DNA of 61,857 bases, filler included, from Candidatus Woesearchaeota archaeon (GTDB lineage: Archaea > Nanobdellota > Nanobdellia > Woesearchaeales > CAZJJJ01): the NCBI GenBank assembly GCA_046538795.1. It is 7 parts of 7 records of this genome, joined end to end, with 100 filler letters (N's around TTAATTAATTAA, not from the genome) between each part and the next. Parts side by side here need not be neighbours in the genome. Positions count along the whole stretch, not along the records: positions 29,375 to 37,800 come from JBKHIF010000056.1; positions 37,901 to 45,839 come from JBKHIF010000057.1; 5 more parts are not named here. One strand, given 5' to 3'. Below the pieces are notes generated by a model. The model had not been told where the DNA came from. It did not search any database and saw only the letters and a list, made by a program, of their open reading frames with translations. Of the stretch, positions 30,239-39,242 are shown in pieces; within the stretch, counting starts at the first letter, position 1, and the number at the start of each line of letters is the position of its first letter. The position numbers were made by a program, and so were the translations under genes.

Positions 30239-30991
30239 ATGAAAAAGACATCTGAATATCTCCTTAATCTGTTTAGGACTTTTAATCCATTTTCATACAG
30301 TCATCTTTCCGAAAGCATAAAAGCAAATGCCATAAAACATTTTCTTGCGACGCTTTTCCTTGCAACATTGATCATGTCTGCTCTATATGTTCCGAAAATA
30401 ATAGGTTCAAAACAAAGCTTTGATGAGATAATAGGAAATTTCAGCACGCTTAAAGCTGATGTGATACTGGAAACAAAAAGTCCTGTCAACATAACTCTTC
30501 CCGGAAATCTCATACTAGGTTCAGATTCCATAGTTATAGACACGCAAGGAAATGTACTTCCAAACCAGACTGAAGTCCTGATAGATGGAAAAAACATATA
30601 CTATAACAAAGGGAACAATGTAAAGTATTTTGATGAGTTTACAAATATAATCAAGAACAAAGAAGCCATAAAAAAGACAATATACACGCTTATTACTCTT
30701 CTCTTTCCTGCGCTTGTAGCGCTTTCATATGTTTTTTATGTGATTGCGTTTGGTCTTATCATACTTTTATCATCCCTTATAATGTCAGGGATTCTGAAAA
30801 TATTAAAGCTTGAAGACAATATTAGTTTAAATCAGATTTCAAACATAGGATTATATGCATCAACATTCCTCTCTTTTGGAATCATTATGAAGCCTGTAGT
30901 CCCTGTTTTAAAAGCATATTTTTACGTACTTTTTGCAGTATTTTTTGTATTGGGCTGCATAATGTCACTCGGGCCAAACCGAAAGAAATAA
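30239..30991 (+). CDS. DUF1189-like membrane protein
   Basis: FNPFSYSHLS..AIKHF start, TM, soluble loop, several C-terminal TMs with IGLYAST. Confidence 0.65.
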   Translation: MKKTSEYLLNLFRTFNPFSYSHLSESIKANAIKHFLATLFLATLIMSALYVPKIIGSKQSFDEIIGNFSTLKADVILETKSPVNITLPGNLILGSDSIVIDTQGNVLPNQTEVLIDGKNIYYNKGNNVKYFDEFTNIIKNKEAIKKTIYTLITLLFPALVALSYVFYVIAFGLIILLSSLIMSGILKILKLEDNISLNQISNIGLYASTFLSFGIIMKPVVPVLKAYFYVLFAVFFVLGCIMSLGPNRKK

Positions 30992-31031
30992 AAAGCCCTT
31001 TTAAGGGTTAAACTTATACAAGGTCATATCT

Positions 31032-31529
31032 ATGAGATTCAACGAGATCGCAAACCCAAGGCAGGCTGTACTTGTCACATGCAAAGATGAAGATTCAAGA
31101 GACAGCAAGGACAACATAATTGCAGTCACATGGCACAGCCCTGTATCTTTTGAGCCTCCGTTGTACATGATAAGCATAGGAAAGACAAGGCATTCTAAAG
31201 AAATAATCTCTAAGTCAGGATGCTTTACAATAAATTTCATGTCCTATGAATTAAAGGACAAGGTATTTTTTTGCGGAACCCACTCAGGTGCGCATGTTGA
31301 TAAGTTCAGGGAATGCGGTTTTACCAAAGATAACGCTCAGACAATAGATTGCCCAAAGATCAAGGAAGCGTCAGCTCATATCGAGTGCGAAGTAGTAAAC
31401 CAGATTGATTCAGGCGATCACATCATATTCATAGGCAAAGTCAATGTTTTCAACCAGAACAAGGAATCCGAAAGAACAATACATCTTGGAAAGGACAAAT
31501 TCACGACAACAAGGACTGATCTTGCTTAA
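31032..31529 (+). CDS. Flavin reductase family (flavoredoxin-like) protein
   Basis: NIIAVTWHSPVSFEPP, FCGTHSG..DKF, IECEV, GDHIIFIGKV. Confidence 0.9.
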   Translation: MRFNEIANPRQAVLVTCKDEDSRDSKDNIIAVTWHSPVSFEPPLYMISIGKTRHSKEIISKSGCFTINFMSYELKDKVFFCGTHSGAHVDKFRECGFTKDNAQTIDCPKIKEASAHIECEVVNQIDSGDHIIFIGKVNVFNQNKESERTIHLGKDKFTTTRTDLA

Positions 31530-31571
31530 ATGATAAAAAAGGCCAAACAAAAAAACAGAAGGTGAACATTC

Positions 31572-32801
31572 ATGGATAAAGAGGAACAGATCAAAAGACT
31601 TGCTGAAAACCTTAAAAACTGCGGCAGCTGCGCAAGCATGGAAGATGCAATAAGGACAGCTACACGCATGCTCGGATTTGATGATTCAATGCTTACAAAT
31701 GATCTCATGAACAAGGAAATGAGCAAGTTTTCAGGTCAGAATCTGGTAACTGTCCAAATCAATTCAGGGGTTGTAGCCCAGCCTCCGAAAAAAGAAGAGC
31801 CATCAAAGGTAAGAAGTGCTAAAGATCTTTCAAGAGAACTTAGCATGCAAAAGGCTTTTGATACTCTTTCGCAGAGGATGTCATTTTCTGATTACCAGAG
31901 AAACAGCATGATGAATGAAATCAACTCAGGAATAAACTCCCTGGGATCAGACAGAAGCCAGGAAAACAACAAAAACAACAACATGGATAACGCAAACAGC
32001 ATGAATATCCATGAGACACAGTTTCCGCCTCAGTTCAGGAAACCTGAAATCATCCAAAAAGAGCCCTCATTGATAAATGAAAGACAAAATCAGGACTTCA
32101 GGCAGGAAAACATGCAAAACCAAAATAGCAATAATAATTATGATAATATGAATTATAATAATTACAACAATAATGCAACACAAAACCAGGGATTTCCTTC
32201 TCAGCAGTCAAATCAAAGGCAGGCTGAACAGGTAAGCAATAACAATTTCATCAACGAACAATCCAGTACTTTCGGTCATAACCATGTTGCTGAACAAGAT
32301 ATATTCAGTTCACAAAATACATCAGAAAACAAAAAAGAAGAATTCTCTTTGTTTGAAGACATCCCTGAAATAAATGAAAGCCAGTTCAAAGAAAAAAACG
32401 AAAAAACAGGAAACAACAGTCAGGAAGATATATTCAATCAATACAGCCAGAAAGCGCAGACAACTTCAGGAAATCAGGTATCTTTTGAAGAGAAAAAAAT
32501 TCCTGATGAGGATTTCTTTGGTGAACCTTCCAAAAGCATAATGCAGGAAAGAAATGAAATGCCTGCTAATAATTTTCAGAACAATTCGTTTCAGCAGCCT
32601 CAGTCAATGAATATGCATCAAAACAGCATGCAAAAGCAAAGAGAAAGCTTTTTTGAAAAAAAGACGATAAACCAAGCTGATTTGAATAACAGCAGCCAGG
32701 ACAAAAATCAAGCAAACAATCAGCAGCAGCAGCCAAAGCAGTCTGCTGAAGAAAGTATTGATCTTACTGAGATGTTTAATTTTGCTAAAAGAAACAGGTG
32801 A
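31572..32801 (+). CDS. Q/N-rich low-complexity hypothetical protein
   Basis: 409 aa, AGGTGA RBS, helical N-terminus, long N/Q tracts, C-terminal IDLTEMFNF. Confidence 0.8.
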   Translation: MDKEEQIKRLAENLKNCGSCASMEDAIRTATRMLGFDDSMLTNDLMNKEMSKFSGQNLVTVQINSGVVAQPPKKEEPSKVRSAKDLSRELSMQKAFDTLSQRMSFSDYQRNSMMNEINSGINSLGSDRSQENNKNNNMDNANSMNIHETQFPPQFRKPEIIQKEPSLINERQNQDFRQENMQNQNSNNNYDNMNYNNYNNNATQNQGFPSQQSNQRQAEQVSNNNFINEQSSTFGHNHVAEQDIFSSQNTSENKKEEFSLFEDIPEINESQFKEKNEKTGNNSQEDIFNQYSQKAQTTSGNQVSFEEKKIPDEDFFGEPSKSIMQERNEMPANNFQNNSFQQPQSMNMHQNSMQKQRESFFEKKTINQADLNNSSQDKNQANNQQQQPKQSAEESIDLTEMFNFAKRNR

Positions 32802-32808
32802 AAAAATA

Positions 32809-33513
32809 ATGAATTACAACGAAGATTGCAGCACAGAAAACCTATTGAAAGAAAAAAGAGAGCGTGTTATGAATACACTTGGAATACTCAATAACGGCAG
32901 TGTCAACCTTGATCAATCAGAAAACCATGATATGAACAGCAATATCCCGCAGGATCAGCCAAATAATGTCATGAATGAGAATCCTGTGATAAACCAGCAG
33001 GCAGAAACAAAGCCGCAGAATATCCAGGCTGTACAGAACACACCCTCTCAACCCACTTCAGCAAGGGAAATGAGCAATAATCATGATATAAATCAATCAA
33101 TGCAGATGATAAATGAATTCATGAACATGAAAAAAGAAATCAAGAATATACTTGACTGCTTTAACCAAAACATCTCAGGCATAAGACAGGAAATTGAAGG
33201 ATTAAAATCACAGTTTTCATCTTTAAAAAGTTCAGGCAATGCAATGCATCCGCAGATGAACCAGCAGTCAAATCAAAATAATCAAGATTTCCATAATAAC
33301 AATCAAGGACATAATCCTCAGCAAATGCAGATGCAAAACAACAATTCCAGCCAGCAGATGAATGCTCAGGCTTCACAGCAGAAGGTTTTCTCCCAAAGCC
33401 ATCAGGTAGATTCTAAAGAAGTCTCACAGTCAAGTGGCAATCATCCAAGGACAGGCATGTTCGGTTCTGATGATGTTAAGATAGAAAACATATTTTATTA
33501 TGGAAATAAGTAA
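32809..33513 (+). CDS. Q/N-rich hypothetical protein with central coiled coil
   Basis: AGGTGA RBS overlapping the previous stop; heptads IKNIL..IRQEIEGLKSQFSSL; C-terminal HPRTG..DVKIENIFYYG. Confidence 0.8.
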   Translation: MNYNEDCSTENLLKEKRERVMNTLGILNNGSVNLDQSENHDMNSNIPQDQPNNVMNENPVINQQAETKPQNIQAVQNTPSQPTSAREMSNNHDINQSMQMINEFMNMKKEIKNILDCFNQNISGIRQEIEGLKSQFSSLKSSGNAMHPQMNQQSNQNNQDFHNNNQGHNPQQMQMQNNNSSQQMNAQASQQKVFSQSHQVDSKEVSQSSGNHPRTGMFGSDDVKIENIFYYGNK

Positions 33514-33577
33514 TTTTTTCTAATATTCTTTTTTTCTTTCGTTATCTTTAAAAATAAAAGACAATACCTTCTCTAAA

Positions 33578-34270
33578 ATGCCAAAATTATCTGTAATTAT
33601 TCCTGTATATAATGAAAGAGAAACACTTATCAAGCTTCTGATGAAAGTAGAAGATGTAAAGCTTGGCATGGTGAAAAAAGAGATAATCTTAGTAGATGAT
33701 TATTCGACAGATGGAACAAGAGATATAATAAAAGATCTTCCTGAAAAATACAAGGTAATATTTCACAAGAAAAACAGAGGAAAAGGAAGAGCCATAAGAA
33801 CAGGCCTGAAATATGCAACAGGCGATATAATTGTCATACAGGACTCTGATCTGGAGTATGACCCTCAAGACTACAAGAAACTCATAAAACCCATACTAAA
33901 GGGTAATGCAAAGGTAGTTTATGGCTCAAGATTCATGAAAAACAACAATAACTGGGCGATACCATCTCATTATGTCGGAAACAAGATCCTTTCCATTGCA
34001 ACCACGATATTATTCTTCAGGTATGTAAGCGACATGGAAACATGCTATAAGATGTTCACAAAAGACGTCCTGAAAAAGATAAAAAAACTTAAAGCACAAA
34101 GATTTGACTTTGAGCCAGAAATAACAGCAAAGATAATAAAAGCAGGTTTCAGGATAAAAGAAGTTCCTATAAATTATCATCCAAGAGATTTTTCAGAAGG
34201 CAAGAAAATCAACTGGAAAGACGGAGTCCAGGCACTTCTATATCTGATAAAATACAGGTTTATCAACTAA
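33578..34270 (+). CDS. GT2 glycosyltransferase (DPM-synthase-like)
   Basis: LSVIIPVYNE, VDDYSTDGT, QDSDLEYDP, DMETCYK, EGKKINWKDG. Confidence 0.92.
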   Translation: MPKLSVIIPVYNERETLIKLLMKVEDVKLGMVKKEIILVDDYSTDGTRDIIKDLPEKYKVIFHKKNRGKGRAIRTGLKYATGDIIVIQDSDLEYDPQDYKKLIKPILKGNAKVVYGSRFMKNNNNWAIPSHYVGNKILSIATTILFFRYVSDMETCYKMFTKDVLKKIKKLKAQRFDFEPEITAKIIKAGFRIKEVPINYHPRDFSEGKKINWKDGVQALLYLIKYRFIN

Positions 34271-34284
34271 GGTTCACCAAAATA

Positions 34285-34292
34285 TTTATAAA
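34285..34292 (+). promoter_or_regulatory. TATA box of tRNA-Gly
   Basis: TTTATAAA about 30 bp upstream of the tRNA 5' end. Confidence 0.55.
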
Positions 34293-34318
34293 CAATCTCA
34301 AATTTTCATGAAAGATAC

Positions 34319-34389
34319 GCGATGGTGGTTTAATGGTATAATTCGTCCCTGCCACGGACGAGACGCGAGTTCGATTCTCGCCCATCGCA
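34319..34389 (+). tRNA. tRNA-Gly (GCC)
   Basis: Acceptor stem GCGATGG/CCATCGC; anticodon arm CGTCC-CTGCCAC-GGACG; T-arm GCGAG-TTCGATT-CTCGC; no encoded CCA. Confidence 0.95.
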
Positions 34390-34462
34390 TATTGAATAGG
34401 GCTACATTTTTGTATGCCCTACACGATTAGCTTGTCAACAGAGCTTGCAGTTACGTAACATT

Positions 34463-34499
34463 GATTCTCGCCTCAAACGCATATTGAATAGGAGTACAT
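34463..34499 (+). repeat. Degenerate copy of the tRNA-Gly 3' end and trailer
   Basis: GATTCTCGCC-tcaaa-CGCATATTGAATAGG-ag-TACAT versus GATTCTCGCC-cat-CGCATATTGAATAGG-gc-TACAT at 34373-34407. Confidence 0.75.
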
Positions 34500-34508
34500 C
34501 TACAGTGC

Positions 34509-34627
34509 ATTGCTCCAAAGGAATACCCTTTAAGGGCAAACCCCGCAAAAACGAAAAGAAATTTTTTAAATTTCTGCACACAGTTGAAACAATGTTTCAA
34601 TCGTGTTTCATGCAAAATTTTCAACAA
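34509..34627 (+). repeat. Dispersed multi-hairpin intergenic repeat, copy 1
   Basis: Closely matches copies at 38971, 40848 and 59345 (core AAAACGAAAAGAAATTTTTTAAATTTCTGC..TTGAAACAA-GTTTCAATCGTGTTTC). Confidence 0.9.
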
Positions 34628-34689
34628 ACAAAATAATTCCGGAAATCATTCCAAAAGTAATAAAAAGAAGCTATACTAAATCAATCTCT

Positions 34690-35514
34690 ATGGGAATGAT
34701 ATTTGATAATCTCAAAGATTCTTTAAAAAGCATAAGGAAAAAGCCTCTGTTGTTTTTTTTCTGCATCCTTATCGATATATTTGCTGTTTTCCTGTTCGGA
34801 GTCATAAGAAGCTTTTTTGCAAGAATCATAATTGCTCCATTAAACCAGCTTATGATTTCAGCCCAAAAAAGAAGCCAGATAAGCATACTTGAACAAGCAG
34901 CAGCAGAAGATATAGGAAACTTCGGCCTTGAAGCTGCAAAGACAAAACAAGAGATCCTTCTTATAACCCTGCTGTTCATTGCAATACTTGCAATACTCTG
35001 GGGAATTGTTCAGGGCTCTTCATGGTTTACTGCAACAAGGATCGCAGAAAAAAAGAGAAAAGAAAAATTCTTCAAATATATCCTGAGATTTTCTCTTGCA
35101 TCACTTATCTGGATTACAGCATTAGGATTGATCTTTATAATTATACTTGCAATATCAATACCTAAAGATATCTATTCACCACTTAATCCCCTGCAGACGA
35201 TAACACTATATTTTGCAGGCTATGTTCTCCTGCCTATAGTACTCTTTTTTGCTCCTATATCGCTCTCTCTTGCGACAAAACATAAGAGCATCAAAGAAAA
35301 TCTGAAAAACACAATAAGGATAGGAATCAAGAATTTCTTCCTGTTCATAATGCTCTATGGAATAATCATAATGGCTTCATATATTATCATGTATTTTCAG
35401 GCAGTAATATCAAATGCCTGGGCAACGCTTTTCTTAGGTCTTTTCTTAAGCCTGCCCCTTATTGCATTTGCCAGGATATTTCTCATAAAACTTCTTGAAA
35501 AAAGCACCTTATAG
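34690..35514 (+). CDS. Hypothetical multi-pass membrane protein
   Basis: About 6 TM helices; start moved to ATG 34690 because the upstream extension overlaps the repeat. Confidence 0.75.
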   Translation: MGMIFDNLKDSLKSIRKKPLLFFFCILIDIFAVFLFGVIRSFFARIIIAPLNQLMISAQKRSQISILEQAAAEDIGNFGLEAAKTKQEILLITLLFIAILAILWGIVQGSSWFTATRIAEKKRKEKFFKYILRFSLASLIWITALGLIFIIILAISIPKDIYSPLNPLQTITLYFAGYVLLPIVLFFAPISLSLATKHKSIKENLKNTIRIGIKNFFLFIMLYGIIIMASYIIMYFQAVISNAWATLFLGLFLSLPLIAFARIFLIKLLEKSTL

Positions 35515-35644
35515 TTTCCTTAAGGCATATTTTTTGGCTTAATCTCCTTTTAGAGAATCATCATATAGATTATATGCGTTTTCTGTAAATATTCCGGATT
35601 TCATAGAAACCAAAAATTATCCGGAAAAACAAAAGGTGATTTAA

Positions 35645-36109
35645 ATGGATATCAAAAATGAAGACATGAAAATCGTATCCCAGCTAAGAAAAAATTCAAG
35701 AGAATCTTTGACAAAAATAAGCAGGAGTACAAATATTCCGGTAAGCACAATATTTGACAAGCTAAAGAACAAGACAAACTCAGTCATTAAGAAACATACA
35801 TGCATAATAGATTTTCCAAAGATAGGGATGACAACAAGGGTCAAGATGATACTAAAGGTACTTCCTGATGACCGAGAGCCTGTAAGGGATTTCCTGAAAA
35901 AAAGCTGCAACCTTAATTCCCTGTATAAGATAAATAACGGATATGATTATTTTGCAGACATGGTCTTCAGGAGCCTGAAAGAATTAGAAGAGTTTCTAGA
36001 AAAGCTTGATGACAATTACAGGATCAAGACAAGGATGATATTCTATGTAATAGAAGAACTTGAATGCGAAAGATATCTTTCAGGGTCAGAAATAGATTGC
36101 ATGCAATGA
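35645..36109 (+). CDS. Lrp/AsnC family transcriptional regulator
   Basis: DMKIVSQLRKNSRESLTKISRSTNIPVSTIFDKL HTH; LYKINNGYDY RAM-domain motif; AGGTGA RBS. Confidence 0.9.
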   Translation: MDIKNEDMKIVSQLRKNSRESLTKISRSTNIPVSTIFDKLKNKTNSVIKKHTCIIDFPKIGMTTRVKMILKVLPDDREPVRDFLKKSCNLNSLYKINNGYDYFADMVFRSLKELEEFLEKLDDNYRIKTRMIFYVIEELECERYLSGSEIDCMQ

Positions 36110-36111
36110 AC

Positions 36112-37800
36112 CTAGCCTTTGTTTATGATCTCAAGGATATCTGAACCATATTTCAGTATCTTATTGTCTCCCAGTCCATATATGGACTGGAGTTCATAAA
36201 ATGAAGAAGGCTTCTTTGATACAATCTCTTGCAATGTCTTGTCTGAAAAGATCATATAAGCTCTTATCCTTTTTTTGTTTGCAGTTTCAAGCCTCCAATC
36301 CTTAAGCCTGAAAAAAAGATCATTGTCAGAAGAGGAGCCTTTCTTGTTTTGCTTGTATAAAGGCACATCCTTATCATTTGAAGATGATCTTTTAAGACAT
36401 CTGGAAGAGACTGCTCCTGAAAGTGAAGCATCTCCTACTTTAGTAAGAAATGATAAGACATCTGAAGTTATGAATCTTGAAAGAGTGTTGTAATAGCTTA
36501 TAACAAGCTGTTTCTTCGCCCTTGTAAGACCAACATAAAGAAGCCTTAATTCTTCTGCATATTTGTCGTACTCGTCATCAACCTTTACAAGGTTCAGGAA
36601 AGGATGTTCTGATGCCATGCACGGATACATCTGGGAACTTACACCAATCATATATACAATTTCAGCCTCAAGGCCTTTTATCGCATGGACTGTTGATAAT
36701 GTTACTTCATCTTCTTTAGGCACAAGGTTTTCTTTTTTTTCTTCAACAGTTCTTTTAAGGAACTTTATTGAATTTTGCTGCAAAATCCTTGAAATGTTTT
36801 CAAGCTGCTTGTTGGTTCTTGCAAGCACAAATATCTCGTTTCTTGGTATGTTCTGCGAAAGTATGCTTTGCGCAACAAAAAGGCTTTCAGCGTTCTCATC
36901 AGAATGAGATACTAACATTATCGGACATGTTTGATCTTCTTTGCCTGATGGAGTCTCAAGTCCGGGAAGTCCCATTGATTTTATCACCTTGTTTCCGATC
37001 TCAACAATTTTTTCTGTGCTTCTATAATTTTTTGTAAGCTGTATCACAGAAGGATTGCCATATTTATTTGGAAAATTAAGGATATTTTCTATCTTTGATC
37101 CTCTCCATCCATATATGCTCTGCCTGGGGTCGCCTACAACAAAAAGATTTTTCGGATCAAGTATATCAATAAGCTTTACCTGTATGTTGTTTACGTCCTG
37201 ATACTCATCAACCAGTATATGCTCAAATTCAGGGATTGAATCTGGATTTTTCTCAAAAAGCTCTATAGAATGCGTTATCTGGTCTGTATAATCACGTAGT
37301 CCCTTTTCTTTCTTGAGATCAGAGATGGTTGATATGAGCTTGTAGATAAACTCTCCAAGCCTTCTTTCAGAAGCTGTTGATGTATTATTTGAAATATCTT
37401 TAACAAAAGAAATTGATTTTTCATTATGCTTGTAGTGATCCATGAGACTGAACATGTCATTTACAAAAGTAAAATAAAGATCTCTCTTATTTTCTCTGTA
37501 GAAACGCTTCTTTGAAAAATATTCTGAAAGAGCATCATCGATTCCCCAGCCGATCTGTCCTAATGCCTCATTCACAATCTTTATTTTTGCCTGATAATCC
37601 ATGACCCTGTATTCCTTGTCATAGGCAATATCAGCGTTCTTTTTTAGAATCTTTTCACAGAAAGAATTGAATGTCTCAACCTGCACCAGATGAGCGCTTT
37701 CAGGTATCAATTTTGAAAGCCTTGTTATCATCTCCTGCCTTGCCTTTCTTGTAAATGTTATCGCAAGTATCTTTGCAGGATCTGAATTCCTGTATCTTAC
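36112..37800 (-). CDS. UvrD/Rep-family SF1 helicase with C-terminal HRDC domain (5' truncated)
   Basis: ILAITFTRKA, TFNSFC, LVDEYQD, VGDPRQSIYGWRG, NYRST, STVHAIKGLE, YVGLTRAK; HRDC LKDWRLETA..AYMIFSDKTL..GLGDNKILKYG. Confidence 0.92.
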   Translation of the reverse strand, partial: VRYRNSDPAKILAITFTRKARQEMITRLSKLIPESAHLVQVETFNSFCEKILKKNADIAYDKEYRVMDYQAKIKIVNEALGQIGWGIDDALSEYFSKKRFYRENKRDLYFTFVNDMFSLMDHYKHNEKSISFVKDISNNTSTASERRLGEFIYKLISTISDLKKEKGLRDYTDQITHSIELFEKNPDSIPEFEHILVDEYQDVNNIQVKLIDILDPKNLFVVGDPRQSIYGWRGSKIENILNFPNKYGNPSVIQLTKNYRSTEKIVEIGNKVIKSMGLPGLETPSGKEDQTCPIMLVSHSDENAESLFVAQSILSQNIPRNEIFVLARTNKQLENISRILQQNSIKFLKRTVEEKKENLVPKEDEVTLSTVHAIKGLEAEIVYMIGVSSQMYPCMASEHPFLNLVKVDDEYDKYAEELRLLYVGLTRAKKQLVISYYNTLSRFITSDVLSFLTKVGDASLSGAVSSRCLKRSSSNDKDVPLYKQNKKGSSSDNDLFFRLKDWRLETANKKRIRAYMIFSDKTLQEIVSKKPSSFYELQSIYGLGDNKILKYGSDILEIINKG

Positions 37801-37900
37801 NNNNNNNNNNNNNNNNNNNNNNNNNNNNNNNNNNNNNNNNNNNNTTAATTAATTAANNNNNNNNNNNNNNNNNNNNNNNNNNNNNNNNNNNNNNNNNNNN
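37801..37900. other. Artificial contig linker
   Basis: N run with TTAATTAATTAA. Confidence 0.99.
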
Positions 37901-38047
37901 GGATTATTTGCATTATCTCTAAAGTATTTTTCAATATTTTTTGCTTTATCAGCGCATATTTTTAGATATTCCATAAGCGTGGTTATTCCGTTTGTCAACT
38001 TAGATCACCTTATAATCATATATAAATATGGATTGGCCTGATCCTTT

Positions 38048-38914
38048 TTATTTTTTCCTGTTTTTCATTGGATCTACATGTATAAATGCCTTGTTTATGT
38101 CATGCATGTCTTCAAGCTTTTTTTGGACTGCTTTTCCTATATCATGGGATCTTTTGGTATTTATCTTTTCATCTACTTCTGCATGAAGTTCTACATTTAT
38201 CTTGTTTCCCATGAAGTGCGCCCTTATGTCATTGACTCCTATTACGCCTTTACATGAAATGGCTTTTTCCCTTAGCTTAAGAAGAAAATTATCTGAAGGA
38301 GATTTGCCCATGAGATAATCAAGGTTTTCAAGTGCAAGCTTGTAGCCTGAGATGAAGATAAGTATGCTTACAAGTATTCCTGCAATTGCATCAAATCTGT
38401 TTAATCCCAGATAAGATGTGAACACTCCTGCAAGAGCAACTGTTGATGCCAGTATATCGTTTTTGCTGTCAATCATGGCTGCACCTATAGCAGGGCTATT
38501 TGTAGAGCTTTGCACTTTCTTGAAATAAATATAAAGCACTGTTTTTGCAGTGATCGAGATGATAAGGGCTGAAATTGCTATCAGGCCTGCGGATTCTTTG
38601 ATAGGCGTAATAAGCCTCATTATGGATTCCCTGAAAAGTTCAAAACCAAGGACACCTGTAATTATTGCAATTATAAGCGCTCCTATTGGTTCTGCTCCGT
38701 GATGCCCGAACGGATGATCTTTGTCAGCCTTTTTTGATGCGACCTTGACAGATCTTGATATGACAAACGAAGAAAAAATATCGATAAATGAATTTGCTGC
38801 ATCTGATATAACTGCAATGCTGTTCGATAACAATCCTGCGGCAAGCTTTACTGAAAAAAGTATTATGTTTGAGATCAGTCCTATGATGACTGCTGTCTTT
38901 GTCTGTTCTTTCAT
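38048..38914 (-). CDS. Cation diffusion facilitator (FieF-like) transporter
   Basis: SIAVISDA, ADKDHPFGH, DSKNDIL, DAIAG, HDI..VQKKL..FIHVDP. Confidence 0.92.
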   Translation of the reverse strand: MKEQTKTAVIIGLISNIILFSVKLAAGLLSNSIAVISDAANSFIDIFSSFVISRSVKVASKKADKDHPFGHHGAEPIGALIIAIITGVLGFELFRESIMRLITPIKESAGLIAISALIISITAKTVLYIYFKKVQSSTNSPAIGAAMIDSKNDILASTVALAGVFTSYLGLNRFDAIAGILVSILIFISGYKLALENLDYLMGKSPSDNFLLKLREKAISCKGVIGVNDIRAHFMGNKINVELHAEVDEKINTKRSHDIGKAVQKKLEDMHDINKAFIHVDPMKNRKK

Positions 38915-38970
38915 CAATTATATATTCATAATACTGATTTAAAAAGTCTTTGGTTGCTGTGTGCTTTTCT

Positions 38971-39089
38971 TTATTGAAAATTTCGCACGAAACACGATTG
39001 AAATCTTGTTTCAATGTGCGCAGAAATTTAAAAAAATTTCTTTTCGTTTTTGTGTGGTTTGCCCTGAAAGGGTACTCCTTTGGAGCAAT
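38971..39089 (-). repeat. Dispersed multi-hairpin intergenic repeat, copy 2
   Basis: Reverse complement reads ATTGCTCCAAAGGAGTACCCTTTCAGGGC...GAAATTTTCAATAA. Confidence 0.9.
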
Positions 39090-39119
39090 ACCCCGCCTTT
39101 GAATACGAATTTTGAAATT

Positions 39120-39242
39120 AGAAAATCACGTCAGCTGCGAAAGCCGTAATACCCCACACTTCAGTGTGGGGATATCTAAGACTTTCAGTTTTAAGGATTA
39201 GAAATTTTTTAAATTTCTAATAGGCTTGAGCAGTGATTTTCT
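39120..39242. repeat. Branched palindromic element with 10-bp terminal inverted repeat
   Basis: AGAAAATCAC/GTGATTTTCT ends; internal CCCCACACT-TC-AGTGTGGGG and ATTAGAAATTT-TTT-AAATTTCTAAT hairpins. Confidence 0.75.

Noticed and set aside
34445..34636. Similar short ORFs (34445, 38724, 40655, 59359) sharing KNEKKFFKFL or FNRVSC peptides
   Set aside because: They are translations of the non-coding repeat; starts and frames are not conserved between copies.
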